This document shows positions 14,441-28,100 of a stretch of 64,000 nucleotides of DNA, in pieces. Within the stretch, counting starts at the first letter, position 1. Each line of letters begins with the position of its first letter. The DNA is from Auanema rhodensis (lineage: Eukaryota > Animalia > Nematoda): the NCBI GenBank assembly GCA_964057225.1, contig OZ059899.1:5952001-6016000 (forward strand), read 5' to 3'. Under the pieces are notes generated by a model. It was not told where the DNA came from, did not search any database, and saw only the letters and a list, made by a program, of their open reading frames with translations. The translations under genes were made by a program, and so were the position numbers.

Positions 14441-17400
14441 ATCTTTTTTTCATATTATTTCTGTGTACGCTCTTTGAATACGTTTCTGTAAAATGTTTTA
14501 AACTTTTATAACTTGTTGTTTTGCAATATTTGTAAGAAAATTGTTCTTCATTTCTTTATAGTCCCTAATCTCATGATTTTCCTCTGTCAAATTACGTGAT
14601 GAATTCCTCACTACGACTGTTTAGAAGTGCGTTAGCCACATCTGGCATTAATAAATCTGCTCACTGGACGATTTGTTTATCTTCTGTGCTCTTATGCTCT
14701 GGGTCTTCTTGAATTTCTGAAATCCTGAAGAATTGCCTGGACTACAAAATGAAAATTCATCATTCTATTATATGCAGTTGCTTAGCTTGTGCGTGTTAAG
14801 TTCCAGTTGTAACTCTTACCTTTGCTATTATTTTGCTTCGTATTTGTGAGGCATTTATACCCGTTTTCACTCCACCTTCCTCCCGCTGTGACGTCGAACA
14901 TGAAAAGTGCATAGGCGTGAATATGCGAAGAAAAACAAATCCACGCACATGGAAATTTGATACCTCTTCTGAATATCTTTTCTCCCATCCTTCCACTACT
15001 CTCGCACCAAATTCCGCTTAGAAAAATATCTCGTCTAGTATAATCAATGACATTTGACTTTCAACAATTTTAGATTCATCTTTTTGAGTCGTAATAAAGC
15101 CAAAAATTTTGATTTCAAGCATTAATCTGCTTCAAATTCTTATATGGAACATTTTCTTTGCAAGATTATCATAAAGGTGACAAACACAAAAAAGCTCCTT
15201 CGTCCTCTACCAAATCAGTCGGTATTGTTCGATTTTCTGTCGACATTCACCATTTTACGAGGCCCATTACATTACACCCACAACTCTTGGACACTGTGTA
15301 TATGTATGTCTAGAATGTGTATATGTCTCGTGCTGAAATCAAACATTCCTCAACGCTGCATCTCATCTTTTTGAGCTCAAGATGAAGGTTCTAAGAGAGA
15401 TCTAAGAAGCAGGAAGAACCTTTTAATGTCCTACTCGAACAACAGGTCTTTCTTATTCATTGGTTCATGACAGAAATTTTCAGGCTGTCTCTTGTGTCTC
15501 TTACATTTTCCCTAACGACAGGATATTTGATTTTGATTGATTTCATCACTTTTTTCCATAGCTCTGATTCGTTTGTTAACAAAATCTATATGAAAAACTT
15601 TGCTATATCTTTCTACATTTCCGCTAATCAATTTGTAAACTATATTTTACACATTAAGAACCTCCCTGCGAAGACCAAATAGCTTTTTAGAAATAGACAA
15701 CGAAAACAATTTGAGCTTTCAAAAAATGGAGTATGAATGAAATGTTTCACGTAAGCTTTATGTTATTTCTCATTTTCACCTCAACTCGAAAGAACATCTT
15801 TAAACTGTATATATAGTCTCTTATTTCTTTTAGTACATATTTCGTGAAACTGAAAATATACTAAATATTGGTTGAGTGCTTATTTCACTTTACTATTTTT
15901 CATTTATTTATTTAATTCCACATATTTAACTTATACTGAATACTGTTAACTTTTTAATTGATTATATCAAAATATTCAAAAAAATATTAATTGAAAACAT
16001 TGTTGGTCGTATCTGAGTTCTTTGTTTCCTTTGCACCATCCTTCACAGCTTCATCGAATGACCATCTGTGCGAACTGAAGCAGGAAGGAAAAGCGGATCA
16101 GAAATATCTTCGTTTGATTCTCTCACTGCATACAACATGAGATGGCTTGTTTTGCGCCCTAACAACCTCAAGCACTAATTGTTGATGATATTTTGGTAGA
16201 CCCTTCTGAAAAACTAAGCTCATAGCCCTTCGATAACTTTCAAACATTTTTTTGGCAACATTACGAGATCTCATCTTTGCTACCATCCGTCAATTGTTGC
16301 TTTATTGCCAATTCATTCACTGCCGTCCATATCTCTTGTCACAATTCTCTTCTCACCTTTTCTTTCCTCTCCGAGTTCACTAACATTGAAACTCTCAATT
16401 GCGAAACAGAGACCGGCAACCAACTATCACTTCAAAAATTAACTTTCTCTTCTAGATGAAAGATAAAGCTAAAATAAATCTATTTTTTTGTGATTTTCAG
16501 CTATCTTTTAAAATTAACAATATTTCTTCATAATTAGAAAATCTTTCAAACTAAAATCGTATTCATCAGAGATTACTAAGAATGAATTCCTCCACCAACA
16601 CACTTATCATCAGTTTTTCTTTATAGTTTCATATGTTCACTCAATTATCTTATATTATGAGTCAGACTTTATAATTAGTTTTGAATTATTTAGTTTAACT
16701 CATTTTACAGCTTTAAAGACAATTTTTACCTTAATTAAAATTATTTTTCAAAGTATAATTTATAAAAAGAGAAAAATCATCTTATAAGTAAAATATATTA
16801 TTAAAATATTTCTTATGAAATATTTAATTTTCACAGAAACATGTTTCATCATTTTATTTTAATATTTTCAACCTTTATTCATCTCATTTAGTATAAATCT
16901 CTACAAATTTTCTGACCAAATTTGAGTCGATTCACGATAAAATTTCAGGCTATGTAGTTAAACATAAATATATAATAGATGAAAAATTTAATTTTGTATT
17001 GATGGATTAACTATAAATTGAATTAAACCTGAAATTCCCTTAAAAAGTTGAAATTGAGATTGCTATTTCACATTCACTAAATTTTTAAAAGATCTAATGC
17101 TTCCGGATTATTTTTATCTGAACTACCAGCTATTTTTCCCTACACTAACTTTATATCCACTTGATAATTTTTAAAATAAACCTGAAGTTTTTCATGAGTT
17201 TCATGAAACTTTGTTAAAGATTTGAGCTTAACTATTACAATATAAGTTCAAGTACATGTATGTTCTCTTAGCCTGCCGGGTGGTCATCTCTCAGATATGT
17301 CGAGTCAGCCAAAATGGTCTCTTGGAGTGGCTAATTACACTGGCTAAGAGGGAGCAATTTTCGGTAGGAAATGAGATTTTAGAATGGGCAATCACCTCTT

Positions 17401-17998
17401 TTGCTCATCGTGTTTGCGTTCAAGAACAATCTTAAATCTTAAAATCGTTTGAGACGTTTGACAAAAATTCTAATTCACTGTAATTTAACAGAACATTCTG
17501 TTTTTCGATGTCTTGTCATACTCATATTTAAAGACACTATTTTAACAATTGAAGCTAAAGACAAGTTTTTATGACCAAAAACATGACACATTGTGCTTCA
17601 TATGATGATTTCTTTTTCTTTTTCCAATTACTTTTCCTCCTGCACTTTGATAAATTGATGATCTCTTTTCATTCAATCCCTTCTATCAATCGTCACGAGA
17701 CATCCTCCAATAATGAAATCAATCAAGATCATGTCTAGAAATAAATGAATTAACAACGAAAAAATCACCAGAAGTTTACATTTCAACTGTTTTCTTGTAA
17801 ATACGCTTCATATACAAATTTATTTGAGTTATTTATTGAATTTTAAGCATTTGGAGTCTACAATCGCACTGCTTGAGCTGATCTTTTCACAAACATTTGT
17901 TAGATTCTTAGCTTTATTCTATTTCATTTTTCGATTTAAATTTCTATTCTTGAAACGTTTTTTTACAAAATTAAAGTCTTACAGATTAGCTATACCAG

Positions 17999-19919
17999 AT
18001 GGACGACTATAATACACTACTGGAATTGATCAACAGCTCATCTATCTACAATGAAATGAGGAAAGATAGCACACTCGTATGTTCTTCATTTCATCATGTC
18101 AAGTTGTTGCATTCTTCTTTTGAACTCAGAAAAAAAAACATTTTAAAGCAAATTTATTCATACTTTAAACGATAAAACAACTTTTGCTGATCTCATATGT
18201 CTACATCTTGATATGATTTCAGCTAACTGCTTTAGCGCAGGGAGTGAATGGCCTTAAGCCATACTGTCACATGCCCTTGGTTGCTCAGTTTGCCAATTTG
18301 ACTCTATTTATATTACCTAGGAACTCCTTGGATACAACAGAAGATAGGTAATTATTTTATTGATATCTACTGCTTATCTTCCTTGTTACAGTGGTGTTAT
18401 TCCTCCATTTAATGTTCGAGTATTACTATCGATTATTTTTATAATCGTTGGTATAATTGGTATAATTGGAAATTCTTTAACTGTTTTAGTTATATATAAA
18501 GTAATTAATATCTCGAAAAATAAATTTTTTTTCCTATTATTTTATAGACTTCATCACTTCATTCACATACAAATTACTTCTTAGCATCACTGGCAATTTC
18601 CGATCTATGTTTGATTATGGTTGGTGTACCGTATGATATGATGCACCTATGGAAGAAGCACCATCCTCCACACATAGCTGGATATTGTGCTTTTATGAGT
18701 TAGATTATTAGTTAATATGTTCTTCTTATAATAAAATATATTTAGGTACTTCCATATCTCTTTTCACATTTGCTTCAATCCTCACTATAGTTTCCCTAAC
18801 AGCAGAAAGATTTGTAGCTATTTGTTATCCGTTTGGACATCGAACTATTTTCCATAAAAGACGGTTATTTCATAGATATATAATATATTTAATATAAAAT
18901 ATATTGTAGGGTGATTAATCTGATATATAGTATATGGGTTATTGCTTTTTTCCCTTCTGTCTATATAGGATTGCAGGTACAGACCTAGTAAAAAAATAAG
19001 CAATAACAATATTTCAAAAAAAAAACTAAAAAACAGAAATTCTCTCATAGAATCTTATTTTATTTATTTTCTTAAAATTTCTTGTTGTTTTCTTATTATT
19101 TTTTTAAAGTTTAAACGAGTTGTTCCGGATTTTTGTGGATACAACAGAGAACTTGGAACATGGGAAGGTATTTGTGATTATGCGACAAGTGATGCGGTAC
19201 CGTTCACATACCCATTCGAAGTTTGTTTCTTTTTGCATTAATTACATTATTTTACAATATTTATATTTAGCTTATAATGGTTGTGACATTTGTGTTACCT
19301 CTTATATTCATCGTTTACTGCTATGTCCGCATTCTGGGTTCTATTTTCTAGTAAAATAAAAAGTTATTGTTCAAATTATAGGAACCTTAAACGAAATGGC
19401 TAATCAAACTACAGTTCATGTTCCAGTTGGAACAACAAATAGTGACAGCTCACAGATGATTACAGCTACTTCAGCAGCAGTTATTCCTCCTTCAATACTT
19501 TACGTTCACACAAAAAACTATGCTCCACCTAAAAGTCAACAAGCCCAACGAATGGTTATTAAAATGCTTGGTAAGAAGTGTAATATAAACTTCAAACTAA
19601 ATTGATTATTTAGTAACTGTAACGGCTGTATTTTTCATTTGTTACTTACCGTACCATATAGAAAGATTAATAGTTCAGTATACAAAAGCAGAATGTGATA
19701 AATCCATGTTCTGTCTTTTGTTATATCCAATTACTGGCAAGTCTAATCTCAATTTCATTATTACTTTCATTTTTAGGTCTCCTTCAGTATATATCTGCAA
19801 CGTTAAACCCAGTATTCTATAACCTTATGTCGACAAGGTTCCGAACAGCATTCAACAACTTGATACAATCAGTTTTACCAAAACGTGAAAATAAACAATA
19901 CAGTTTGGCAAGAATGTAA
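17999..19919 (+). CDS. Rhodopsin-family neuropeptide GPCR, neuromedin-U/pyrokinin/ghrelin receptor-like (nmur-like)
   Basis: Seven TM segments with family motifs: GIIGNSLTVLVI, TNYFLASLAISDL, SILTIVSLTAERFVAICYP, FVLPLIFIVYCY, RMVIKMLVTVTAVFFICYLPYHIERL, YISATLNPVFYNLMSTRFR. Includes one GC-AG intron. Confidence 0.9.
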
Positions 19920-20321
19920 AGCTCCCAAGAATACTTCTCGGATACACCCATCACTTTCTTTTTCCTTTATGCTTACGTGTACATCAAAACCTCCTTACAT
20001 TCCTGATGAATCTACCCCACTTCCTAATAACTATAATTTAATTCTTTTTATACGTGTCAGTTGCACAGCAATAAAAAATTATTTTTATAAATTCGTGGCT
20101 TCAACAAGATAAACAGAAGTTACAAACAAATCTATACTTTATTTTCAAACCACTGAAGGTTGCCGAATTGAAACATAAACTAAAACACTTTAAGTTGCAT
20201 CAAAGCCGAGAACCTCATGGAATGAGTGTTTTCTACGTTCTAAATACTATTTATAGATAAACCCACAGACCAATAATCGGGGATCACCTTCAATGTACAT
20301 AAAGTGTTAATCTACGCATAT

Positions 20322-21613
20322 TTAAAGTTGAACTTGGAGGCCCTTGAGCTGTTGAATGGCATTTTGGAGATATTGATCCTTGAATGCCTTATCGTTAACC
20401 TGCTTCTCAACCTGAAAAATTAACAAAATGCAGGATAAAAAAAAGTTTACATACTCCTTCATTAATGAACTTTAACATTTGATGACGCTCGAAACGCTTC
20501 TTGGCATCTTCAGTCTCTTTAAGGTAGTCTAGTCTTCGCTTAAGTTCGGTAGCAACAGATTGAACGTTTTGTCTGCAAAATAGAGGTTTACACAGAGATT
20601 AAAAACTCGAAGGGTACCTGTAGTTAGCCTCAAGCTGAAGTTGCATGTTCTCTTTAAGAACGGTTGGGAAAGCTTCCTTAACAGCATTAAGAGATTGAGT
20701 CTCAGCAGCCGAAGTCTAATATATAAAATATAATTTCAAAATTACAAGAAAATCATTACTTTTCTGAACTCAGTAGCATCCTTAAGATCTTCTTGAATGA
20801 GTCCCTTGAAGTAGTTCATTCTGTTTTGATATTCACCATAGAGCCAGTTATCAATCTTGTCTAAAATACATATATATGACATGAAACACTAAAATCAACT
20901 CACATCCAGAAGTTCTGGAGACCAAGAGGTAGAACAAAATCCAACCAACAGTCATGTGTCCTTGTTCTTCGAATACCCACAATTCCTTGTTGACGAGGAA
21001 AGCGAAAAGTCCTCCGAAGAAGAGGTATGGTCCTAGAAAAAAAAATTTATTTTTAATTCAAAAAAAAATATATACCAGAAACTCCAGTGACCTTTTGGAA
21101 GGGAGTAAACCAAGAGTCGGGCATCATAAACAAACGAGTCTTGGGTGGATACATTGGACGAGCTGGGTATGGATAGTTAACCTTTAAAACTTTTATAACA
21201 CCGTTAAAAAATTAAAAAAAACTAACCAAGTCACGGTCTGGATGCTCTTTGAAGTCCTTAGGAACTTCTGGGAGAGGTTGTGGGGCAAACCACTCTTTTC
21301 CACAATCATCGAACATGGACTTTGGTGGAGCAGCCTCGCCTTCAAGGGGGATTCCTATAAAGTATCACTCAATATTGTATTCTACAAGGAATAATACATA
21401 CCTTTCCATCTAAGAGCTACCTTCTGGAAGAAAGAAGGGTTATTCTCTTCTGTTCTTACTGTTGCGCTGGTGGCAGCAGCTAAATTCACAAAGTTAACAC
21501 ATGAAATACTACTCAAATAAGAAAAACTTACGAGCAGCATGGTGTGCGCTGCGAAGAGGGATAACAACAAAACGAGCTTTCTGGCCCAACGGCAGGATTC
21601 GGCTCATAGACAT
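20322..21613 (-). CDS. asb-2: Mitochondrial ATP synthase F0 subunit b (asb-1/asb-2 family)
   Basis: MSMSRILPLGQKARFVVIP..., FFQKVALRWKGIPLEGEAAPPKSMF, KDFKEHPDRDLVNYPYPARPMYPPKTRL, GPYLFFGGLFAFLVNKELWVFEEQGHMTVGWILFY, ending ...NAIQQLKGLQVQL*. I cannot resolve asb-1 versus asb-2. Confidence 0.93.
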
Positions 21614-21939
21614 CCCGCTTCAACCCTACAAGTAAAGGTTCATAAACCATAAGAACAAAGATGGTGATAATTAAGTTAAACTAGAATGATATGATAAGTT
21701 TAGTTTACATACGAATTTAACCTTCTATTTAAAAATTTTTAAGTTTAAGTTTTGCATAAAACAAGTAATTTTAAAATTTTAAGAGTATAAATAAGAAAAA
21801 ATGATAACATATTTATAAAATGTACGAGAATTGGCCGCCCGTTGCTGGTACCTTTTCTCAACATGAAATAAAGGAATATCGTGTTAGGACCAATAGCGTA
21901 GTTTGAACATTTCTTTTGGTTACTTTTGTCGACATACAT

Positions 21940-22560
21940 TTAAAGCTTATTTTCAGTTTGATAAGGCGAAAAATATGTTTCTTTATTATCGTTAAAGAAA
22001 GTCGGAAAAACATCTATAATCTTCATTGCTTTTAAAACTAATAAAACGAGGACTGCTGCTGCTCCGACGAAAAGTAGGAAAAAAAGGAATACAGAACACC
22101 CTATGCAGTTCTATAAATTATAATATTTTAAGCTTTCACCCAGTGAAATTGTTTAACATACCCCTGACTTTACTGGTTCCATACCATCAATTGTTTGATC
22201 ATATTGTGGCCCACTTACCCCAGCATTTATATCTACACTTGGTATAGATATAGCAGCCGGTAGTGGTGTAGGAGGCGTATGTGAAGGGATCGGTTTTTTT
22301 GGCGCTATACGTGCACGTTCTTTATGAAATTCCCGTGGCTTAGGTTCTTCGATATTCTTTCGTTTTTTTTTATTATTTGAGGATGGAGTACTTGCCGCAA
22401 AAACTCGGGGCTTTCGGTCCTTTGGCCCCTTATGATGCTCCTTATCATTGCTGAATTTCCGTATAGATATCGACTAGATCTTAAATTACCGTTTATGATT
22501 TTGACCATGTGATTCATCTTCCAATTCAAAGGGGAGGATAATGGGTTCATAATCACCCAT
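21940..22560 (-). CDS. Unannotated 3-exon protein with Lys/Pro-rich N-terminus and single C-terminal TM helix
   Basis: MGDYEPIILPFELEDESHGQNHKR|NDKEHHKGPKDRKPRVFAASTPSSNNKKKRKN...PSHTPPTPLPAAISIP...MEPVKSG|NCIGCSVFLFFLLFVGAAAVLVLLVLKAMKII...QTENKL*. Two GT-AG introns keep the frame. This frame is absent from the ORF track. Confidence 0.7.
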
Positions 22561-22972
22561 TAGAATTAAGCCCCAACCGCGTTACCAGCTTACTACCACG
22601 GAAATGAAAACATTTTTCACGTAAAGTTCAGCGTGAAGAAAAATAAGTACTAAAATTTAATGCCAAATCTTGACCAGTACGTACAACGATCTGGGAAAGG
22701 CAATGATGTATTAAGAAGACCAAAAATAGGCTAAATATAAAACGGACTAATGTTAAATATAAAATAATATAATGCGAGCTGAGAAGACGGTCATCATGTA
22801 TGAGCTTATGGTAAGAATGGAGCAAATGAGTGGTCTTGATGCGACAATTATTAAAACGATTCCTGACTCAAGAGATAACATAAAAAGAGATCTATAAAGA
22901 AATAGAATACATAAGTGAGTTGTTAACCGTTTGAATAAATGATGATGTTAAGCATAAGGAACAATGACAATG

Positions 22973-24688
22973 CTATTTGGGTGCAGGAGCACTTGCTTTA
23001 TCTCCAAATTCTTTCTGGCATAAAACACACGAATATTCATTATCGGGTGCTTTTTTCAAGGGAGGCTTCAAGCAGTATAGATGGAATCCTCTGTCGCAAT
23101 CATCACAGAAAAGAAGTTGATCCTAGAATAACAAAAAAAGTAAGTCAACAAAAAAAAATGAAATACATCATTTTCCGACGTGCCACAAATAGTGCAACTT
23201 TTACACTCAATACATTGCCAGCCATAACGGTCAATAACCACGGGTACATTTGCATTAAAATTAAGACATTGTGGATGGCCTTAAAAACGTATACTAAAAC
23301 TGTTATGCTTATTAACGATGGTACCTGAACGACCACAGTCATGACATGTGACTAACTCCTCAGCTTTTTTGGTTTTCTTGTTCAAAAAGCGATTTCCCAG
23401 ACACAGATCACAGTAGTCTGATACCTCTACACTAGGGGATAATACTAAATATATAACTTAAAATTATGTATTCATTGTAATCTTTACATTTATTTGTTAA
23501 ATTAGGGGATGGTTCATCATGAACGAAAGCATTGTGATACATTACACCCGCGAGGCTTTTGTACCTCGCCCCACACCCTGAAATATAAGTTAATTGGTGC
23601 AGGATAATAAATCTCAGTAATGGGAGCCAGAATGCTGTCAATCCCTAAGAACTCAGGAAAATAGCTAATTGGAAGAATAGATAATGAGAAAAAACCAAAA
23701 AGGCCGTCGAGTCCGCGATTCCGACTCTTTTATATCATAAGCTACTACTGTACTAGAAGAGCTAGATCTATAGAGCCTCCTGCGCCGCGACAGGTCGCGC
23801 GCGCAATCAGAACCTGGCAATTTCGGGTTTTCCTTCTCTCAAAAGAGAGCTTCTTTTAAAATTCTCAGAAATTCAAAAATTCTGTTTGCGCAACGCAGCG
23901 CGACGACCGCCTGGCACTGGCGACTCACTGGAGCACGCGTGTGGCTCGCGCGGACGACTCGCCGCACTCGCCTTCTTCTTCTTGCCGCTAAGTATTGGGC
24001 CGCCTTTGCGTTTCTTCTTGGAGCCCCAATCATCTTCATCGCTTCCGGAGCCTCCATTGCTCATATCATCGTCCAATTCATCTTGGAAATCCTCCTTGAA
24101 GGACTAAAATAAAAAGTTACATGTTCACATCGATCCATAAAAAGCTTACGAATGGTAATTGTTTAGGAGTTCCTTTTACATCAGGGGGAATCTCAATTGT
24201 AGTGTGATGATCTGAGAGATTGAGTTGAAATACAACAGAAAAATTGAATACAAACCTATACTAATGGCTTGTTGGGTAGTTTGATTAACAGCTTCATTTA
24301 AAGCTCTATTTTCGCGAAGGAACATGTTCATCTCCACAGCATCAGCAGGTGGATGATTCTTCTTCTTCCATCTTACCGTAGAATACTGAAGAACCTATAA
24401 TGTTTCCACACGAATAAGAATGATACAATTGTGGATATATACCACATTAGCATCATTGGACGGGTATCGCTGATCTCGGCTTTTATAATAGTTAGGTACT
24501 AATCGTTGTGCTCGCCCAGTTTGCTGATCAAAAAATGGAAACCGCAATCTGAAAGTAAAGATATAAGTAACACTGATCATAGACGAAATTCCGAAGAAAA
24601 CATACCTGCTTTTACGCTCTCCGGAAGTCCTACTATTCCATTTGGAACAACTCTTCATTAATTCCATATAATTTGCTTCTGTTATCAT
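22973..24688 (-). CDS. dpff-1: DPF/Requiem (BAF45-like) protein: Requiem-N domain, C2H2 finger, double PHD
   Basis: [43 protein letters not shown] (Req N-terminal). C2H2 finger split by an intron: [25 protein letters not shown] fingers: [50 protein letters not shown]. Ends SAPAPK*. Confidence 0.92.
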
Positions 24689-24790
24689 CTGCAATGATTT
24701 AAAAGTGAAAAAAAGGCACATGAAAAATATGGGCCAAAAAATCTAATGAGGAGCTAGTCAAGCAAGGAAAAGCCCTGATCGATATGCAAA

Positions 24791-24802
24791 CGCGCGTAGC
24801 AG
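24791..24802 (-). promoter_or_regulatory. Candidate promoter motif CTGCTACGCGCG about 100 bp upstream of the dpff-1 ATG
   Basis: An identical 12-mer in the same orientation lies at 32426-32437, upstream of the FUBP-like gene. Confidence 0.45.
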
Positions 24803-25165
24803 CCGGTGATATTGCTGTTTAGATCCAGACTTCCGACTAAGTACGCAAGCCCATAGAATGCGTAGACTCAAATAACAATAACAGGCTAAACTCACATTCT
24901 TGGTTTCATTTTTCGACTGGGACCTCATTTGTTTAGCCAGTTTGTCAGTTTTAGTCAGATGGTTAATGCACCTGGAGCGTATAAGGAAGCAGAACGAGGC
25001 TAATCCTACAAATGGAAAATTAAATTATAAAAAAATACGAAATTTAATATAAGATATTAATAAGGGAGAATCACCCATTATAATATAGCATTTTCTATTA
25101 AAATAAACATTTAAACAATTTAACAACATATCATTAACAAAAGTAACAGAATATCACAACTAAAT

Positions 25166-28100
25166 TCAACAGGAAACATCTAATTCTAAAATTTCTAAGC
25201 CAGATCCAACCGTAATTATATGATTTCTATAAAACAGATGTTACACTAGCATAAATATTTATATATAATACCTAGCTTGAATAAATCGAGCAGGATCCCA
25301 TATTGATAAAGATTTTGCAATAACAAAATGTGCCTGAAAAAAGTTTTAAAATAAAAATAACTATTTTGAGATTATACTTCAAAATTCGTTATGTTCAACT
25401 CATGAACAGCAGCTCTACAATCCAGAGAAACGGAATAAATGAAAAGCGTTTGTTCCTTGGAATATACGTTTATATCTATAAGTAAATATTGATTAGTGTC
25501 TATGCGGCCATCTGTGGGAGAAAAGAAAACATACTAACCAGTTACGGTAGCGCTATGGTACTCCAAGCAAGTAATTTTAGTGAAAATGTTGTCTTTCAAA
25601 TTAAAAACATTAATTAACCCCGATTCATCGCCAATAACACAAATTATATTATTTTCTAAAGCTAGTGTTGATATGCAGGAAATACCACATTTCACGGCAC
25701 TAATCTAGAAAGTTTAAAATAGTAAAAAATGCAAATAATAGTTGAGAATCTGACTTCGCTTTGAGGTTGAGATGTTTGAGAAGAAATGGTATGCACGCCT
25801 AATTTCCCAGAAGTCGATACCCAAAACAAATTATCCTTTACTAATTGACCTCTGGTAAATAATGAGAGATCCGGAGGTTCAATAACAGAGCATAGTGATA
25901 TATCGGCACTTTGGTCATTCCGAACACATAGTGAACTGTAAAAGTCAATGACAAAACTTTTAAAAAATATTATACATACATAATATTCCCATCGGCTAAG
26001 AAGGCTACACAAAGGTGCTCGAATCTTGCTACTTCCTCAGTCTGAACATTTCAAATTAATATTAATATAAAATAATTTTTAACCATTAAATCGAGTACTC
26101 TCGTACCATTCGGATATTGGTAGGTCTCTGTTACAATAAGATCTTTCACATTTTCATCTATATAGAAAATTGATTATATATATATATAGTCAAAGCTATA
26201 GTACCATCAACATAGACATCCCAAGTGCTAATAGATCCTTTCCCACTTCCGAAAAGTAAAGTTTTTTTGCTGAATTCAGAAGTGGTTACTCCTAATGTCG
26301 ACATAGCAGTTATTCCATCGGGTGTGGAAACTTTGTTCAGCACCATAACATCTGTACATATTCTAGGTAAAAGGTGAAAATTTAAAGTAGCATCAAACCT
26401 TGGGTTGAAGTATTAATTTTGCTGAACGTGACTTGGCAATCTACACCCGAAGTACAAACCAATGAAGCATCCTTAAACCGAGCTATTTCCTGGATAGCTA
26501 TTATTTGAGAAGCGTGCAGGGAATCACAAATATAGGTAATATCATGTACTCCAGCTGTTACTTTAACCAAGATCTAAATTAAAAACATAAAGAAATAAGC
26601 TCTTTCTTTAAAAAATAACCTCTTTTCTTGTAAAATATAAAGAGCCAAGCAATTTACCAGAGATGTCCTTATAAAGTTTAAAGAACCAAGGTCTATTTCC
26701 CCCACCACATAAAAATTCTAATACGGCAAAGCCTGAATTTTTATCCAGTAGACGGAAGAAAGTCTAAAAATAAAGTATGACGCTAATAATATATAATGCA
26801 ATTTTACAGAATGAAATTCAGCAATAAATTCACGGTTATCATAGATATAACTTCCACATGGCCAATCAACAGATGGAGATCCACGTATAAGGGGTAAGGA
26901 TGATTGAACAAACTTGCCATCTTAAATATCGTATCATTGAAGATAATATTTCCCAAAATAAACCTTTGAACGACCAACAAGATAAAGATCCATTTTTACA
27001 ATAAACAGCTATACGTGACATTAGATTTCGAATCGACATAACTTGACCCTTAGCGCATTTTCGACTTATCTATTACGATTTTCCATATGAAAACATTATT
27101 GAATAACAAAAATACCTCTGGAACAGGCAGAAACTTCTGAACGTTGGAATTTAAACAATAATAAACTAAATGACCACATGTTGAACCAACAATAATGTAT
27201 TGTTGCCTAAATTATATTATTACTTGAGTTGCTTTCGGTAAATACTTACCCAATGTTATCACAGAACATCTCAATTGCAGAAGGCAAGAAAGACGTTTTC
27301 TTAGGTAAAGCCGTGATAGATTCTGAAGCATCTATCTTCACTAGTAAATTACCATCGCAGTCATAAAGATACTAAAATATTTAAATTAGTGAAAAACATC
27401 GAGATTTCATCATCACCCCATACTTATTCATTGTATAAGCAAACACGTGTGAATTAGAACAGACTGCAGATAGAAGATTGCTCTCCTTGAAAGGGATCAA
27501 ACATTCTTTCGTCTTTGAAAAGATTGCCATTGCATTTCTCTCGTAAGCGACAAGTAGTTGAGGCAAATTGTGGCAAGATGGAATAGTGATATAGCGAAGA
27601 CAATGGTTTCGATATATAGGTTCTCCATTTCGAAAAAGATTTCTGAACGAAAAAAAATTATAAGACAAACTTTTTAAATGTGTGTAAATTACCCCTTGCC
27701 GTTTACGGTGAACAAGTCATCATTCAGAAAACCAAATCCTCGTAAATCTTCGCAAGTTTCGAGAGACAGCGGAACAGCAGCATTGCTAGATGGATTAGCA
27801 AACTTAACGCTCAATAAGGCTCCGGATTCACTACCAACAAACTGTAATAGAAATTGGAAAACTTAAACGCATGAAAAATGATACCAAAGAATCTCTGAAG
27901 AACAGAAGAGAGCGTATTCCCCCCGTGTTTAAAGATATTTGGTCCTCTAATATGAGCTTTTGATCATTATTCAATTTCCATTTGCAAACTAACTACAACA
28001 TTGTGTTACACAAATTAGGAGAATTATTCGAAAACCTGATCAATTCCAGCAGTGTATATATGACCATCTTTCGATGAGCAAACAGCGAAAGGTCTAGCTG

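Noticed and set aside
14500-17950. Short ORFs upstream of the GPCR
   Set aside because: No splice-consistent model or recognisable motifs. Probably regulatory DNA.
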